Part shown: one piece after another, positions 40,505 to 51,020 of the stretch
How positions within the stretch are numbered: position 1 is the stretch's first letter
Layout: the number at the start of each line of letters is the position of its first letter
From: a virus
Reading direction: 5' to 3' (one strand)
Virus record (IMG/VR): IMGVR_UViG_3300023180_000001
DNA length: 64,000 nt
The notes under the pieces: generated by a model
Database searches by the model: none
The model's input: only the letters and a program-made list of their open reading frames with translations
Told to the model about the DNA's origin: nothing
Translations under genes and position numbers: made by a program

Positions 40505-40986
40505 TTCTTAATCTCCTCATCGATAGAGTTTCTGTAAGCTAGGTTGTCCCTAAGCTCTCCAGAGTCCACCAGAGGCTCATCACGACCTTTAATTCGGATA
40601 GTGGTAGGTCTATTAGATGCAAGGGCTGAAGTATCCCCAAATAGGCTCTGAAGCTCTTTCTGGTAGTACTTACCGATGGTATCTAATAGGAGCTTAGCAT
40701 CAGCCCTGCCAGCTAAGTTACTTGACCAATTACGGATAGCACTTTTAACTCTTGAGGATTTTTGGGGCTTAGCTCCGAAGGCTGTGATCTGGAAAACAGG
40801 TCTCTTAGGGATGTCATCAGTCCCAAACTCATGGATAGCCATTAATGCGGGGAACGAAAGGCCAGAGGTGTGTTGCCCCTGACCTGCGAAGTAACCTATC
40901 TGTACATTCTCTTGGTGAATGTCTTTGACAGATTTCCTGATCTTATTAAAAGTTCTCCCCTTCTTAACTACCTTAGCTTTTATCAC
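40501..40986 (-). CDS. head-tail joining protein, hypothetical
   Basis: 161-aa ORF. Confidence 0.4.
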   Translation of the reverse strand: MIKAKVVKKGRTFNKIRKSVKDIHQENVQIGYFAGQGQHTSGLSFPALMAIHEFGTDDIPKRPVFQITAFGAKPQKSSRVKSAIRNWSSNLAGRADAKLLLDTIGKYYQKELQSLFGDTSALASNRPTTIRIKGRDEPLVDSGELRDNLAYRNSIDEEIKK

Positions 40987-40998
40987 GGGGATTACCTC

Positions 40999-42714
40999 TT
41001 AGGTTATGCTACATTGTAATTGGGATACTTGCATATTATTAGTATTCTCCTCGTTGGAGATCCACAACTCAAACTCATCGTTAGGTTGGATGTTAGTATT
41101 AGCAAGAATAGTTACAGGAACCTCTCTCGTGGTAACCTCTAGTATTTGAGAGGCCCCTGCCAGAGGAGATCCATTCTTGTAGACCGTTAACTTGATCAAC
41201 CTGTTACCAGACCCACTAGAACGTTTAACACTCGCTGAGTAGGTAACCGTACCATCAAAGAACTTATTACCGACATACCTAAGTGTATTATTACCCGGCA
41301 TAGTGAAGCGTTGGATATTCTCACCTGCAACTGTCGTCCCGAGAACTTTAGTTGGAATACTTACACCGGAGAAGGTTGTCTCCACGGTGTTATTTTCCAT
41401 GTATAGAGAGCCTATAGCTGCACTATCAGGAACATTATTATTAAGCCCCCAATTCCAACGGGCATCCTTGTAGGAAATATTATTAATGGTTGGGAGGTTT
41501 CCACCGAAGGTTGTATTCGATTGTATTACCCCCTGCCCACCAAGTGCTATGTTTCCACTGCTTGGCAATCCATCAATAAGGACAAGTCCCGGAGAAGCTT
41601 GAATGAAGTTGTGATCTATTGACATAGCTCCGAAAACTGATGTTCCAAGATCAACCACAGTCCCTGTAGTAGTGCTCTCTAGGATGTTCCCAGTTATTCG
41701 CATAGCCTCATTAGCTGTGCCCTCGAAAGAAGCACCTGTGGCCATATTCCTTAGAGCATTTTTATCGAAGTTGACGATCAATAGGTCTTGGAATCTACCA
41801 ATAGCTGGTGAGTTGGTTAGAACACACTCCGAGAGGAAGAAGCTATTAGTTCCCTCATTCCCAGCGGTATCCTCTAAGTCAAAGATGTTCCCACCGATAT
41901 TAACAAACGTACAATTATTACCTATAAATCCTGCATCTCTACCACGGATAAGAGCTGTAGCATTATTGGTGATCAGGATATCGAGTTCTGGGTTAAGACC
42001 ATATACGTTGTTTGAACCTGTAAGCTCGATACGGTCGGTAACTAAGTCAATCGTTCCGTTGATCTCGTAATCTGTATTATCAACTAAGGTAATCACTCCA
42101 CCTATCGGGAGGGGGAAATCACCCTTCGTCTTAACAAGAACTTTATTACTTCTTTGGGGAGCTGGCTCTGGGATTTCTGCTGCTGCAGGTACAAGGCGGC
42201 TTGTTGTTAGACTTGCACATGAGGCGTTATTCCAAGTCCCTATAGTAGGAACACCTTGGGCAATCCCCCCTGAGTTATTACCAGCTGAATCCCTATAGAT
42301 CTCAACAGTAACAACTTGACCAACTGTCAAAGGAACAACTACGTCAAACTGCATCGGGATGATTACATTAGCATCATCTAGTTCAACTAGGACGGAGGAT
42401 GCTGGCTGAAACCCATCTACAAGTAATCTTCCGTATAAGAACGAGACCCCAGCCGATCCTGTTCTACCCGCTTGTAGTGTTATTGTGAAGTAATACGTTC
42501 CGTCCTCGTTACAGGTTATGTTGCCTGCTGCGTCTATCTGTAACGGATCATTAACACCGCCCTGAGCAACACCAAACTCTACTTGAATAGGTGTGTCAAG
42601 TACTACTGGGTTTTGTGAAGCTGCTGTGCTTCTTCCTGTGAAGATAACTTCTCGTATAGCTGTTGAGTCAGAACCATTACCTGACCCACCAGTATCTGGA
42701 GGTAAGATAGGCAT
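40999..42714 (-). CDS. virion structural protein, hypothetical
   Basis: 571 aa with beta-rich composition. Confidence 0.4.
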   Translation of the reverse strand: MPILPPDTGGSGNGSDSTAIREVIFTGRSTAASQNPVVLDTPIQVEFGVAQGGVNDPLQIDAAGNITCNEDGTYYFTITLQAGRTGSAGVSFLYGRLLVDGFQPASSVLVELDDANVIIPMQFDVVVPLTVGQVVTVEIYRDSAGNNSGGIAQGVPTIGTWNNASCASLTTSRLVPAAAEIPEPAPQRSNKVLVKTKGDFPLPIGGVITLVDNTDYEINGTIDLVTDRIELTGSNNVYGLNPELDILITNNATALIRGRDAGFIGNNCTFVNIGGNIFDLEDTAGNEGTNSFFLSECVLTNSPAIGRFQDLLIVNFDKNALRNMATGASFEGTANEAMRITGNILESTTTGTVVDLGTSVFGAMSIDHNFIQASPGLVLIDGLPSSGNIALGGQGVIQSNTTFGGNLPTINNISYKDARWNWGLNNNVPDSAAIGSLYMENNTVETTFSGVSIPTKVLGTTVAGENIQRFTMPGNNTLRYVGNKFFDGTVTYSASVKRSSGSGNRLIKLTVYKNGSPLAGASQILEVTTREVPVTILANTNIQPNDEFELWISNEENTNNMQVSQLQCSIT

Positions 42715-43004
42715 TATGTATTGTCCTGTACGCTTAGAGGGGCATCGGTGTGTCTCAGAGACTTAGCCCATACGGTGTTCTCACCTGCAGTCACGATCTT
42801 AACAGATGTACTATTAGGAGAGATGCTTAATATCTCCCCATTACGGGATGTTGGAGATGGCTCAGTGGCTGAGATTTGTAGTAGAATAGGTGATGTAGAT
42901 TTATTTGAGATAACTAAGGCTGTACCTACAGCCAAACCCGTCAGGGTATTGACATCAGAGAAAGTAGTATTGCTTACCTTGATGTCTGGTAAAGTATCGC
43001 TCAT
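42714..43004 (-). CDS. hypothetical protein
   Basis: 96-aa ORF. Confidence 0.4.
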   Translation of the reverse strand: MSDTLPDIKVSNTTFSDVNTLTGLAVGTALVISNKSTSPILLQISATEPSPTSRNGEILSISPNSTSVKIVTAGENTVWAKSLRHTDAPLSVQDNT

Positions 43005-43028
43005 TATTCCTCCAAAAGGAAAGAACTA

Positions 43029-43460
43029 TTATAGGAATAAATCAGATGGGCACGTACAATCACTAACAGTGAATTTCTTACTTGGGTTAATCTTCACACC
43101 AATAGCTTTACTAGGGCTATACCCCCCGCCCGGTAAAAGAGGGCAGATATCTGCTAAAGACTTTATATAATCATCCCAAGCTACTCTACTGAGTTCGCCG
43201 TAATTCTCTTTCTCTACGCCGCCAACCTTTTCTCTCTTTATGTTCTGTTCGTCAACTGCATACTTCGACTTGTTGAGTAGTGCAACTGATTTCAATGTTT
43301 TACAAAGAGCCTCACTGTAATAGATATCGTCATCAGCTGGGATTTGATAATCAACAACATTGTCAATGATCATCATCATCTCAGTATCAGTGAGGACGTT
43401 ACCATCAGGAAGGAAGACCTTAGCATCGGCTAGAAGTTGTGCTCTATCTATTACTGCCAT
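43029..43460 (-). CDS. head-tail connector, hypothetical
   Basis: 143 aa, the first gene after the capsid terminator. Confidence 0.4.
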   Translation of the reverse strand: MAVIDRAQLLADAKVFLPDGNVLTDTEMMMIIDNVVDYQIPADDDIYYSEALCKTLKSVALLNKSKYAVDEQNIKREKVGGVEKENYGELSRVAWDDYIKSLADICPLLPGGGYSPSKAIGVKINPSKKFTVSDCTCPSDLFL

Positions 43461-43489
43461 AATGGCTCCTTATTAGAATTCTTTTTAAA

Positions 43490-43514
43490 CAAAAATGCCG
43501 CCCCGGAGGGCGGC
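43490..43514 (-). terminator. rho-independent terminator after the capsid gene
   Basis: On the minus strand, GCCGCCC-UCCG-GGGCGGC is followed by AUUUUUGUUU. Confidence 0.8.
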
Positions 43515-43531
43515 TGTTAGTTCACTAACTC

Positions 43532-44647
43532 TTAAGCAGTAGTTAGGTGACGAACTAGCTGTGGGTTCACCATCATTGGTAGAACATTCTTCTCAGTCCA
43601 TAGAGTAACACCGTTACGGTCATCTTCTTTAGACCAACCGTATGCAGTTTGTGCAGTAGTGTTAACGTACTGACGAGTCTGAGCTGGAGCAAATACTTGC
43701 TTCATGAATGTCTCAGCACCAACTGGGATCATGTAAGCATCAGCATCAGCGATCAACTTAGTACCAGCGATAGAGGCACTGTAACGGATGTAGCGTAGAC
43801 CATCGTGGGAATCGAAGTACTGGTAGTTGAAACGACCAGAACCAGAACCGAAGCTAGACTCAGGAACACCCATAGATGCTAGGTCTAGACCACCACGCAT
43901 TTCACGGTTCAGTGTTAGTGAGCCAGCTCCACCTTGTTGCTTCTCAACTAGAAGACGTTGGTTGAAGAAGTCTTTACCGCAAAGAACAACAGGCATAGAC
44001 ATTGTGTTCATTGTCTTCTCAACATCTTGCTCTAGGAAGTCAAGCTGTTCAGCGAATGATTGGAAGTGATCAATAGTGTTATTGTCAAGATCCATGTTGA
44101 TCTTAGCAGGACGTGCACTACCAACGATGTCAGTGTAGAAGTTATACTCTGGCATTGGACCACCACGGGTGATGTTCGTATCAGTTGTCAGCAATTGAGC
44201 AAAAGATAGTTCATCGAACAGCTGCCATGCTTTCTGACTCTTAGCATTCATCTGAGAAACAAGGTATGCTTCATCCATCAACTGGTCAGGAGAGCCCGGG
44301 ATTCTACGGTTAGCGTAGTCTTTTGGAGCTACGTTAGAACGGATACCGAAGCTACCTACCTCATAGATTAACTGACGAGGCTTGTCTTTTTGAAGGTCTT
44401 TACCGAACTCATCATAACGCTTACCATCAGGTAACTGAACAGTGTGCTCTAACTCATCATACTTGAAAGTGTTTGTCTCAAGCATAACTTGGTTAGTAGT
44501 ACCACCCAATAGGGCAGTCAAAAGACCGGGAGCAACTTCTTGGCGCTCAACAATAGGGGTAACGTCTTGCAACTCAAAAGAGTTCTCATTTGAATGGCTA
44601 AGAGCCTTATCAAACTCTACGTTGCTTTGATTAATCTTAACAGTCAT
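43532..44647 (-). CDS. major capsid protein
   Basis: 371 aa. It lies downstream of the scaffold gene and is followed by a strong terminator. Confidence 0.7.
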   Translation of the reverse strand: MTVKINQSNVEFDKALSHSNENSFELQDVTPIVERQEVAPGLLTALLGGTTNQVMLETNTFKYDELEHTVQLPDGKRYDEFGKDLQKDKPRQLIYEVGSFGIRSNVAPKDYANRRIPGSPDQLMDEAYLVSQMNAKSQKAWQLFDELSFAQLLTTDTNITRGGPMPEYNFYTDIVGSARPAKINMDLDNNTIDHFQSFAEQLDFLEQDVEKTMNTMSMPVVLCGKDFFNQRLLVEKQQGGAGSLTLNREMRGGLDLASMGVPESSFGSGSGRFNYQYFDSHDGLRYIRYSASIAGTKLIADADAYMIPVGAETFMKQVFAPAQTRQYVNTTAQTAYGWSKEDDRNGVTLWTEKNVLPMMVNPQLVRHLTTA

Positions 44648-44665
44648 ATATCTTTACTCCCTGTA

Positions 44666-45157
44666 TTAAGATGTGTAAGTTGGGCTAACAACTTCAGCGT
44701 TGTCGATAACCATGATGCCAACTGCTTCAAGAGCTTTCTCATAGTTTGCTTGGTTTGGTGCGCTAAGGGTAGCTAGGGTGAAGTCGATACCATCACGAAC
44801 AACACCTGTATTATTAGCGCCACGGAATAGAACAGTTACGTCCTCAGTTGCTAGGTCAACATCTTTGTTGTTGAAACCAGCACCAAAAGCAGTACCAACG
44901 ATGATAGCTACAAAGCCATCGTTAGGAAGGCCTGAGCCACTTCCACCTAGTTCAGCGATATTGGTATCTGCTACGATCTGCCATTCACCGGCTGTCTCGT
45001 TGTAGATCAAAGGGATACCCATCGGCTCTACAGTAGTAGCTGCAATAGCTGGGGTGATAGTTGTAAAGTTGTATTGCATTGCATTAGAGTTCTCAAAGGT
45101 ATTTACACCTTTAACAACATCTGTGAAATATTTGCGACCAGTATCATTAACAGGCAT
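44666..45157 (-). CDS. head protein (decoration candidate)
   Basis: 163 aa between the scaffold and capsid genes. Confidence 0.4.
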   Translation of the reverse strand: MPVNDTGRKYFTDVVKGVNTFENSNAMQYNFTTITPAIAATTVEPMGIPLIYNETAGEWQIVADTNIAELGGSGSGLPNDGFVAIIVGTAFGAGFNNKDVDLATEDVTVLFRGANNTGVVRDGIDFTLATLSAPNQANYEKALEAVGIMVIDNAEVVSPTYTS

Positions 45158-45873
45158 TATTTAGCTCCTTTCTGTAGGTCTTGTTGTTCTATGATTTTAT
45201 CAATCAGGCTTTTCTCAACAGCGTCTGCTTCAGGCTCTCCACCTTCACCAGCTTCAGCGTCAAGGGCTTTCTGAAGATCAGTATCAGCTGTCTCCTTACT
45301 AGCCTTAGCTTCTTGTTGAGCTTTCTCTAAAGCAGTCTCAACCTTAGCCTCAGCTTGAGCTACTAGGGCATCAAAAGCCTTAACGATTGTTTCAGAGGCT
45401 TCGATACTAGCAAGTACTTCAGCAACTTCATCAGCTAGTTCAGCTTCAAAGCCATAACCAGCAAGAGTGCCTTGAGCTTTAACAACAGCATTCTCATGTT
45501 TAAGAGCTGCTAATTGAGCTTGAAGGTCTTTTACGATTTGATCAGACATATCATCCGTTCCTTTATCATGTGTCTCTCCCCCGATACCATCACCCGTAGT
45601 AGGGGAAGAGGGGGTGTTTGTTGCATCCACTTTAGATTTCTCTAGAGCGGTATGTTCTTCACCGATTTGATCTAAGATAGCTTGTTGCTCTTTTGTTAGA
45701 GGCTTCTTGTTATCCTTTGCCTTGGCAAGGACCATATCATTCTCTAAGCTGCAAGCTCCACCCTGTGACCAATCGGTATAGGTAATTTCTGCACCTTTAA
45801 AGTCAAAGTGAACACCCTTCAGTACTCTCTTTGCTTTAGGTTTCTCAACTGCGCTTGATAGTAAATCAGTCAT
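45157..45873 (-). CDS. scaffolding protein
   Basis: 238 aa with a coiled-coil C-terminal half rich in Ala, Glu and Lys. Confidence 0.55.
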   Translation of the reverse strand: MTDLLSSAVEKPKAKRVLKGVHFDFKGAEITYTDWSQGGACSLENDMVLAKAKDNKKPLTKEQQAILDQIGEEHTALEKSKVDATNTPSSPTTGDGIGGETHDKGTDDMSDQIVKDLQAQLAALKHENAVVKAQGTLAGYGFEAELADEVAEVLASIEASETIVKAFDALVAQAEAKVETALEKAQQEAKASKETADTDLQKALDAEAGEGGEPEADAVEKSLIDKIIEQQDLQKGAK

Positions 45874-46603
45874 CAGTTAACTCCTCAATCTCGGTAGCTT
45901 TAGCTCCGATACTAATCCCAGCAATCTCACCACTCTTACGAAGTTCCCAAGCAGTCTCATTATGGAACTGAACCTTAATGAGGGGTTGACCCTCTCTGAT
46001 CTCAGTTTCACCGATAATGCAATCTGTCTCAGCTACCCAAGCCTTAACAACAGAGAAGGAATCTGTCTTATGCTTGTGGAAAAGTCCATGCTGTAGGGTG
46101 CCCGCTTCGATGGCTTTGTTTAAGCTATCAACCATACCACGGGTATCTTCTAAAGAAATAGTATCACCAACTCCATCAACATCCTCAGGGTGGATATAGA
46201 GCTTCTCAATAGCTACCATCTCTTCTTCTTGGAATTGCTTAAGAACTGTCTTCCCAGATCCTTTTGTTCCACCGAAATGCTTAGTGATAAAATTTAGTAA
46301 ACCTTTCTCTGTGCTCAGGTCATTCTTAACAACCCGGTACTCAGTAAGTTTTACAACTTCTTCTGGATCACTCTCGATGTCTACAGATACTCCCGAGAAT
46401 GTATATCCAGCTCTGAAGTTCTTATAACCCTCACCTGTATATACCTCGAAGTAGATGTACTCATCATCATAATCTACTAAGTAAGGATATGTGTCAGGGT
46501 ATTCTGCCCTTATGGCATTTGAGATAATGCTCCTTTTGTCATTATCTGTGTTCTTCTCAATAGCTACACCTGCAGCCTTGAGGATCTCATTTACTTTATC
46601 CAT
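45866..46603 (-). CDS. prohead protease (XkdF-like), putative
   Basis: It lies after the portal gene. The C-terminal ..W.LRKSGEIAGISIGAKA.. pattern fits this family. Confidence 0.5.
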   Translation of the reverse strand: MDKVNEILKAAGVAIEKNTDNDKRSIISNAIRAEYPDTYPYLVDYDDEYIYFEVYTGEGYKNFRAGYTFSGVSVDIESDPEEVVKLTEYRVVKNDLSTEKGLLNFITKHFGGTKGSGKTVLKQFQEEEMVAIEKLYIHPEDVDGVGDTISLEDTRGMVDSLNKAIEAGTLQHGLFHKHKTDSFSVVKAWVAETDCIIGETEIREGQPLIKVQFHNETAWELRKSGEIAGISIGAKATEIEELTDD

Positions 46604-46605
46604 AT

Positions 46606-48201
46606 CTATTCTTCCTTAGAGATAGTAATGGTTTCGCCATCACTTGAAATAGCGTAAATTATACCATCTTCTTCTCTATCAACTGTGAAGCTCTTAGCTA
46701 CCCCACCATTCTCTGAATTGGTTGAGCTTGATGCGCCACCTGATTGGGTATTCCCCGTTCCAGATGTACCGTTGCTTTCCCCACCACGGCTTGTGTCACC
46801 GTCATCGAAAACTAACTTATCGATACCATCTGTCGGTAGGTTAGCCTTCTCATATAGCTCTGTAAGAGCCTCTTCAGTAAGGCCGCCGACAGATTTCATA
46901 CGCTGAATAGCTTTGGATAGAACATCAAGATCTAGTTCGTCCGGATCCATTGGTTCGAATACAGGCATATCTTCCCAGTCAAGCTGGATGTTATTCGCTT
47001 TCAGGATAGTTGGGATCAACTGATTATTAATCAGGTCAGTTTTCCAAAGAATATTTCTTTGAACGTACATCGCATGAGTAGAGGTCTGACTAGAACTAAG
47101 TGCATAGGACCCTGTAGAGTCTTGGCCCAGTAGTAGGAATCCTGCTCCAAATACATTGTAGATACTTTTACGCTTCTGGTCGATGATGTCTGATGTTTTG
47201 TACTGCTTACCGCCCCCGTCGATACCTTTGAATTGGATATCGTAATCTTGGATTTTGGTTGCAGCATCTACATCAGATGACAGAACTATGTAGCTTGACT
47301 CACCAGCGTGTAACGCCGCAGCATCCTCTTGAAGGGCTGTATACTCAGCTGCCTCATCAGGGTACGTAGCTGGGTCATTAGCTCTCTCAATTAACTGAGA
47401 AGGAACCCTGAGGACTAAAGCACCACCAAGGTCCTTACTAACACCCACAACTTCATACTTCTCGACAAGTTTCTTCTCTAGCCAAGCATCATAACAATGC
47501 ATGAGAGGGGAATCACCTTGAGGATTATTATTAGTAGGATTGTAAACACTGTGGAGTAATTGCTCTGACTTAATAAATGGGTAGTTAGATTGCTGAAGGG
47601 CTGCTGTATCTAGGCTTGTTAATCCCTGAGCAAAATCGGTCATCTTGGGATTTCTATTCTTCTTGAGATTGGGTTTCTGAACAAAACCAATAACCTCACG
47701 AAACTCTTTATCCCAAACCCATCCGTAAACGGACTTCTGATCTCTTGGAGCTAATTTCTTGAGAACTCTGAAACCTTTGTAAGGCCCGGAGTTACGTTTT
47801 TCTGTAACAATATTCAGAAGGGAGAAACCATAAATAATATCTGTGTTTAGGTTATTAATAGCCTGAAGCCAAGTGCCAGAACTCAGATTGCGAATATTGT
47901 AGTTAAGGAACTTAGCAACTTCCTCACTTATTGCTGATCCATTATTGGAAACAAACTTCCCGCCCGCTAATGCCATAAGCACAGGTAGGTTAGTAACGTC
48001 CACAGAGTTAAACACTGCATCATCAGCCATCATACTATCGAAAGTACAAAGCCTACGTGGCATGGTAAGTTCGGTTCTACGTGTATCCTGAATGAACCTA
48101 CCACTTGTCACTACCCGTGGCTGACCTTTCTCACGATTAGTGATAGGTCTAACCACCGTTTTGTTTCCAGAGGTTTCAGCCTTATTGATATCTTCTGACA
48201 T
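46606..48201 (-). CDS. portal protein
   Basis: 531 aa downstream of the large terminase. Confidence 0.7.
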   Translation of the reverse strand: MSEDINKAETSGNKTVVRPITNREKGQPRVVTSGRFIQDTRRTELTMPRRLCTFDSMMADDAVFNSVDVTNLPVLMALAGGKFVSNNGSAISEEVAKFLNYNIRNLSSGTWLQAINNLNTDIIYGFSLLNIVTEKRNSGPYKGFRVLKKLAPRDQKSVYGWVWDKEFREVIGFVQKPNLKKNRNPKMTDFAQGLTSLDTAALQQSNYPFIKSEQLLHSVYNPTNNNPQGDSPLMHCYDAWLEKKLVEKYEVVGVSKDLGGALVLRVPSQLIERANDPATYPDEAAEYTALQEDAAALHAGESSYIVLSSDVDAATKIQDYDIQFKGIDGGGKQYKTSDIIDQKRKSIYNVFGAGFLLLGQDSTGSYALSSSQTSTHAMYVQRNILWKTDLINNQLIPTILKANNIQLDWEDMPVFEPMDPDELDLDVLSKAIQRMKSVGGLTEEALTELYEKANLPTDGIDKLVFDDGDTSRGGESNGTSGTGNTQSGGASSSTNSENGGVAKSFTVDREEDGIIYAISSDGETITISKEE

Positions 48202-48214
48202 CAGCTACCTCTTA

Positions 48215-48658
48215 TTAAACTTTACCAGACTCTCTGATGATCTTTTTGATCTTCATCGGGGCCTTGACATCCTCAGGGATATCTACACCTAATTCCTTAG
48301 CATATTGAAGAAGGTCATCTTTCTTCTTGAGGGTATCCAGCTTAGGTTGTGGGTCTTCCTCTACAGGGGTCTCAACCACTTCCTCAACCTTCTCTTCAAC
48401 TTCAAGAGTCTCAACCTCAGGAGTCTCAACTTCAGGTGTTTCCACTGGAGTCTCTTCTACTTGAGCATCTTCAGGAAGAACTAGAACAGCTCTACCCATG
48501 AATCCCATGTAGTTTCTCATGGTTGAATCAATACGCTTTGTGCTCTCGCTGATACGGTAGCCATCAAGAATAGCTGCCTGAATATCTAGGAAGAACTGGC
48601 GCTCATGGATAGCACCAACGCCCTTATTCTCAATAACTAAACGAGTTGGTTTACTCAT
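48215..48658 (-). CDS. hypothetical protein with PEVET repeats and a C-terminal HeH/Rho-N-like motif
   Basis: It contains ETPVETPEVETPEVETLEVEE repeats and LLQYAKELGVDIPEDVK. Confidence 0.4.
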   Translation of the reverse strand: MSKPTRLVIENKGVGAIHERQFFLDIQAAILDGYRISESTKRIDSTMRNYMGFMGRAVLVLPEDAQVEETPVETPEVETPEVETLEVEEKVEEVVETPVEEDPQPKLDTLKKKDDLLQYAKELGVDIPEDVKAPMKIKKIIRESGKV

Positions 48659-48670
48659 GCTTAGCTCCTC

Positions 48671-50188
48671 TTAAGTTTTGTTCTTAGAAATAACATCCTT
48701 AGCATAGGTGTCACTTCGTTTTTGATTTCGTTTAACAACCCGTATACTCCGGGCCTGCGTTAGGTAATTGAATGCACTAGCTATAGCATCCACCCAGTCA
48801 TCTTTCTTAGTACGTGTACTTCGTTCACCATCAAACTTCTCAAGCTCATCGTAGAGCTTATTGAGGGACTGTTTGTTCTTAAAGGTGCTTTCAACTACAC
48901 GAACCAATCCAGCCTCGACAGCACTTGCGAAAGGCTCAAACCGTGACAGTTTGTTTTGGGTATTAGGGACTGGATCTTGTTTAGGTCTTAAACCTTCAGC
49001 TAGGAGTTTCTTAGCAGACTCTGCGAACTCAACCTTACCAGCCGCGCCGGGGTCAATCGGAAGGACTATGGCACAATCTTCACCATCATAGTGACCTTGC
49101 TGAGCTATGATCTTATCTCTCTCACCGGGGCGCTTTCTGAATCTTCCGTACTCTTCGAGGCCCTTCTCATTATTAGATTCAACGTGATCGCCAACCAAGT
49201 AATAGAACCCATCAGGGCACTTACCTAATTTAGCACACGCTGTGAAGTCAGGATGTTTCTCTTGAGTGGTAGGCTCTTGTGAGGCCTTATCCCATCCTCG
49301 TGCCCATACGGCATTGAAGGGTTTAGTGGGGACTTTAACCATGTTCTCACGTCTGAAATAATTAGCTCCTTCAGCTCTTACGTTCCAGTTACCATGAAGT
49401 AGCTGAGCTTTATCTACAGGGCCTAGACCTTCTAGGAAAGCTTTGTACTCAGGGTTGTTCTTCATCATCGGCGGATTATCATAGATAGTCGCAGAGATGA
49501 ATGTGAAGCTAAGAATAGCTGCTTCCCAATCCTCTTCAGGTATATCAAACCTTTCAGCTAACTCCTGACGGGTTTCACCCCAGAAGAAGTCACCTTCACG
49601 TCTGACAAAATAACGAACTACACCATCCCTCTCAGGAATCGGATAACCTTCATCGTCAAGGTGCCAATCGATCAGCTCTCTGATCTTATGATCACTATCA
49701 GGGTTACATGACATAACCATACGAGAAGGGTATTTAGATTCTGAACGGAGACGAGACATCATATATTCAAGCTGTGACCATTCGAACTGGCAAGCCTCAT
49801 CCACACCAATGAAGGTATACTGAAGACCCTGAATATTTAATTTATCTTTCTCATACTCCATGTGTTGCCACTTCATGGAGGCACCACTTGGGAATCGGCA
49901 AGTTAGATCATTTGACCTAAAGGTAGGCTTAATGGAAGCATCTAACTCATTATACATATTAAAGGCAGTATCAAATATACCACCCTGCCCCTTAATCTGG
50001 GGTGTTGTTCGTCTGAACATGATGATGGTTGTCTTACCGTCATCTATATACCTTAAGGGTATCATCTGGAGAAGGTAGGACTTCCCCGATCCGGCAGCTC
50101 CGCCGATAATGCATATCTGAGCGTCACTGTTTAAAATCATTTCTTGTTTGGCTGAGGCTGGACCCAACGTTTGAACTTCTTCAGACAT
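48671..50188 (-). CDS. terminase large subunit
   Basis: It has a Walker A motif (GGAAGSGKS), a Walker B-like motif (FIGVDEA) and a nuclease-domain Asp pattern. Confidence 0.9.
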   Translation of the reverse strand: MSEEVQTLGPASAKQEMILNSDAQICIIGGAAGSGKSYLLQMIPLRYIDDGKTTIIMFRRTTPQIKGQGGIFDTAFNMYNELDASIKPTFRSNDLTCRFPSGASMKWQHMEYEKDKLNIQGLQYTFIGVDEACQFEWSQLEYMMSRLRSESKYPSRMVMSCNPDSDHKIRELIDWHLDDEGYPIPERDGVVRYFVRREGDFFWGETRQELAERFDIPEEDWEAAILSFTFISATIYDNPPMMKNNPEYKAFLEGLGPVDKAQLLHGNWNVRAEGANYFRRENMVKVPTKPFNAVWARGWDKASQEPTTQEKHPDFTACAKLGKCPDGFYYLVGDHVESNNEKGLEEYGRFRKRPGERDKIIAQQGHYDGEDCAIVLPIDPGAAGKVEFAESAKKLLAEGLRPKQDPVPNTQNKLSRFEPFASAVEAGLVRVVESTFKNKQSLNKLYDELEKFDGERSTRTKKDDWVDAIASAFNYLTQARSIRVVKRNQKRSDTYAKDVISKNKT

Positions 50189-50193
50189 CTGGG

Positions 50194-50403
50194 TTACCTC
50201 TTGTTTGCTACCTCGAAGTACCCTTCTGGGCCGAAGTATTCTAAGGATTCGATATTAACTACTAGAAGCGATGCACACTTACCTTCTTCATTAGGTGCGT
50301 TAGTAAAGTGGATCAGTGCTCCGTCTGATTGGGCACGTTCTGCTTCAACAGTCATAGGGTTAAGCCCTTTAAGCTTAACTATATATTTGATTTTGTTTGA
50401 CAT
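50194..50403 (-). CDS. hypothetical protein
   Basis: 69-aa ORF. Confidence 0.4.
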   Translation of the reverse strand: MSNKIKYIVKLKGLNPMTVEAERAQSDGALIHFTNAPNEEGKCASLLVVNIESLEYFGPEGYFEVANKR

Positions 50404-50440
50404 TTTGGTATGATATTTGATATGATATTTAGAAATGCAA

Positions 50441-50471
50441 AAAGGGAGACCCTCGATGAAGGACTCCCTTT
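50441..50471 (-). terminator. possible terminator hairpin
   Basis: On the minus strand, an AAAGGGAG...CUCCCUUU stem is followed by UUGCAUUUC. The 15-nt loop makes it weak. Confidence 0.35.
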
Positions 50472-50571
50472 CGTGTTTTGAATTTTATGATGGCCACTCT
50501 TCCATGCCCCATAAACGTAGCTGCAGGGCTGCTTATGCAGTCAGCTACCTCTCCTCAGACTTCTAAGAAAA

Positions 50572-50946
50572 CTAACCCTGAGTCATACTCAGTGAGATGA
50601 CTTTACCAGTTGGCTTCTTGTCTGAGCTTTCCTCAGATTGGGCCTTCTGGATACCATTTTGCTTCTCATCGTTCAGAACGACTGTATATGTCATATCTAT
50701 AAGTTTAATAGAAGCTTTAAGCTGGGTTTCCTCCTTATCGGCATTCCTCATCAATGAGACGAGCTTTTGAATGGCTTCAGGAGCGTTTTTCTTTAATAGT
50801 TCTTTCAGAGCTGGGTCTGATGGGAGCTTGTTCTTGCTGCCTACTGGTCTACCTCGTCTATTAATCCCATCGGGATTTGAGGCAAAGCCTTTCTTGGATT
50901 TATCATCCGACATTAACTTCTCCATGGTTGCCTTAGCGATCTTCAC
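50572..50946 (-). CDS. DNA-binding protein, possible small terminase subunit
   Basis: It has an AT-hook-like RRGRPVGSKNK motif and lies upstream of TerL. The start is uncertain (GTG at 50946 or ATG at 50925). Confidence 0.3.
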   Translation of the reverse strand: MKIAKATMEKLMSDDKSKKGFASNPDGINRRGRPVGSKNKLPSDPALKELLKKNAPEAIQKLVSLMRNADKEETQLKASIKLIDMTYTVVLNDEKQNGIQKAQSEESSDKKPTGKVISLSMTQG

Positions 50947-51020
50947 AGATGACTGTAGCGAGCTACGTAACGCTGTAGCGCGAGATCGATCACCTCCTTA
51001 GTTAGAAGGTTACTAAGATC

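Noticed and set aside
4565-42070. Antisense or overlapping ORFs inside well-supported genes, for example 4565..4978(-), 9786..10136(-), 17113..17508(-), 21193..21510(-), 35308..35706(+), 41672..42070(+) and 42721..43170(+).
   Set aside because: They are shadow ORFs opposite longer genes with recognisable products. They have Ser/Pro/Leu-rich low-complexity translations and no RBSs.
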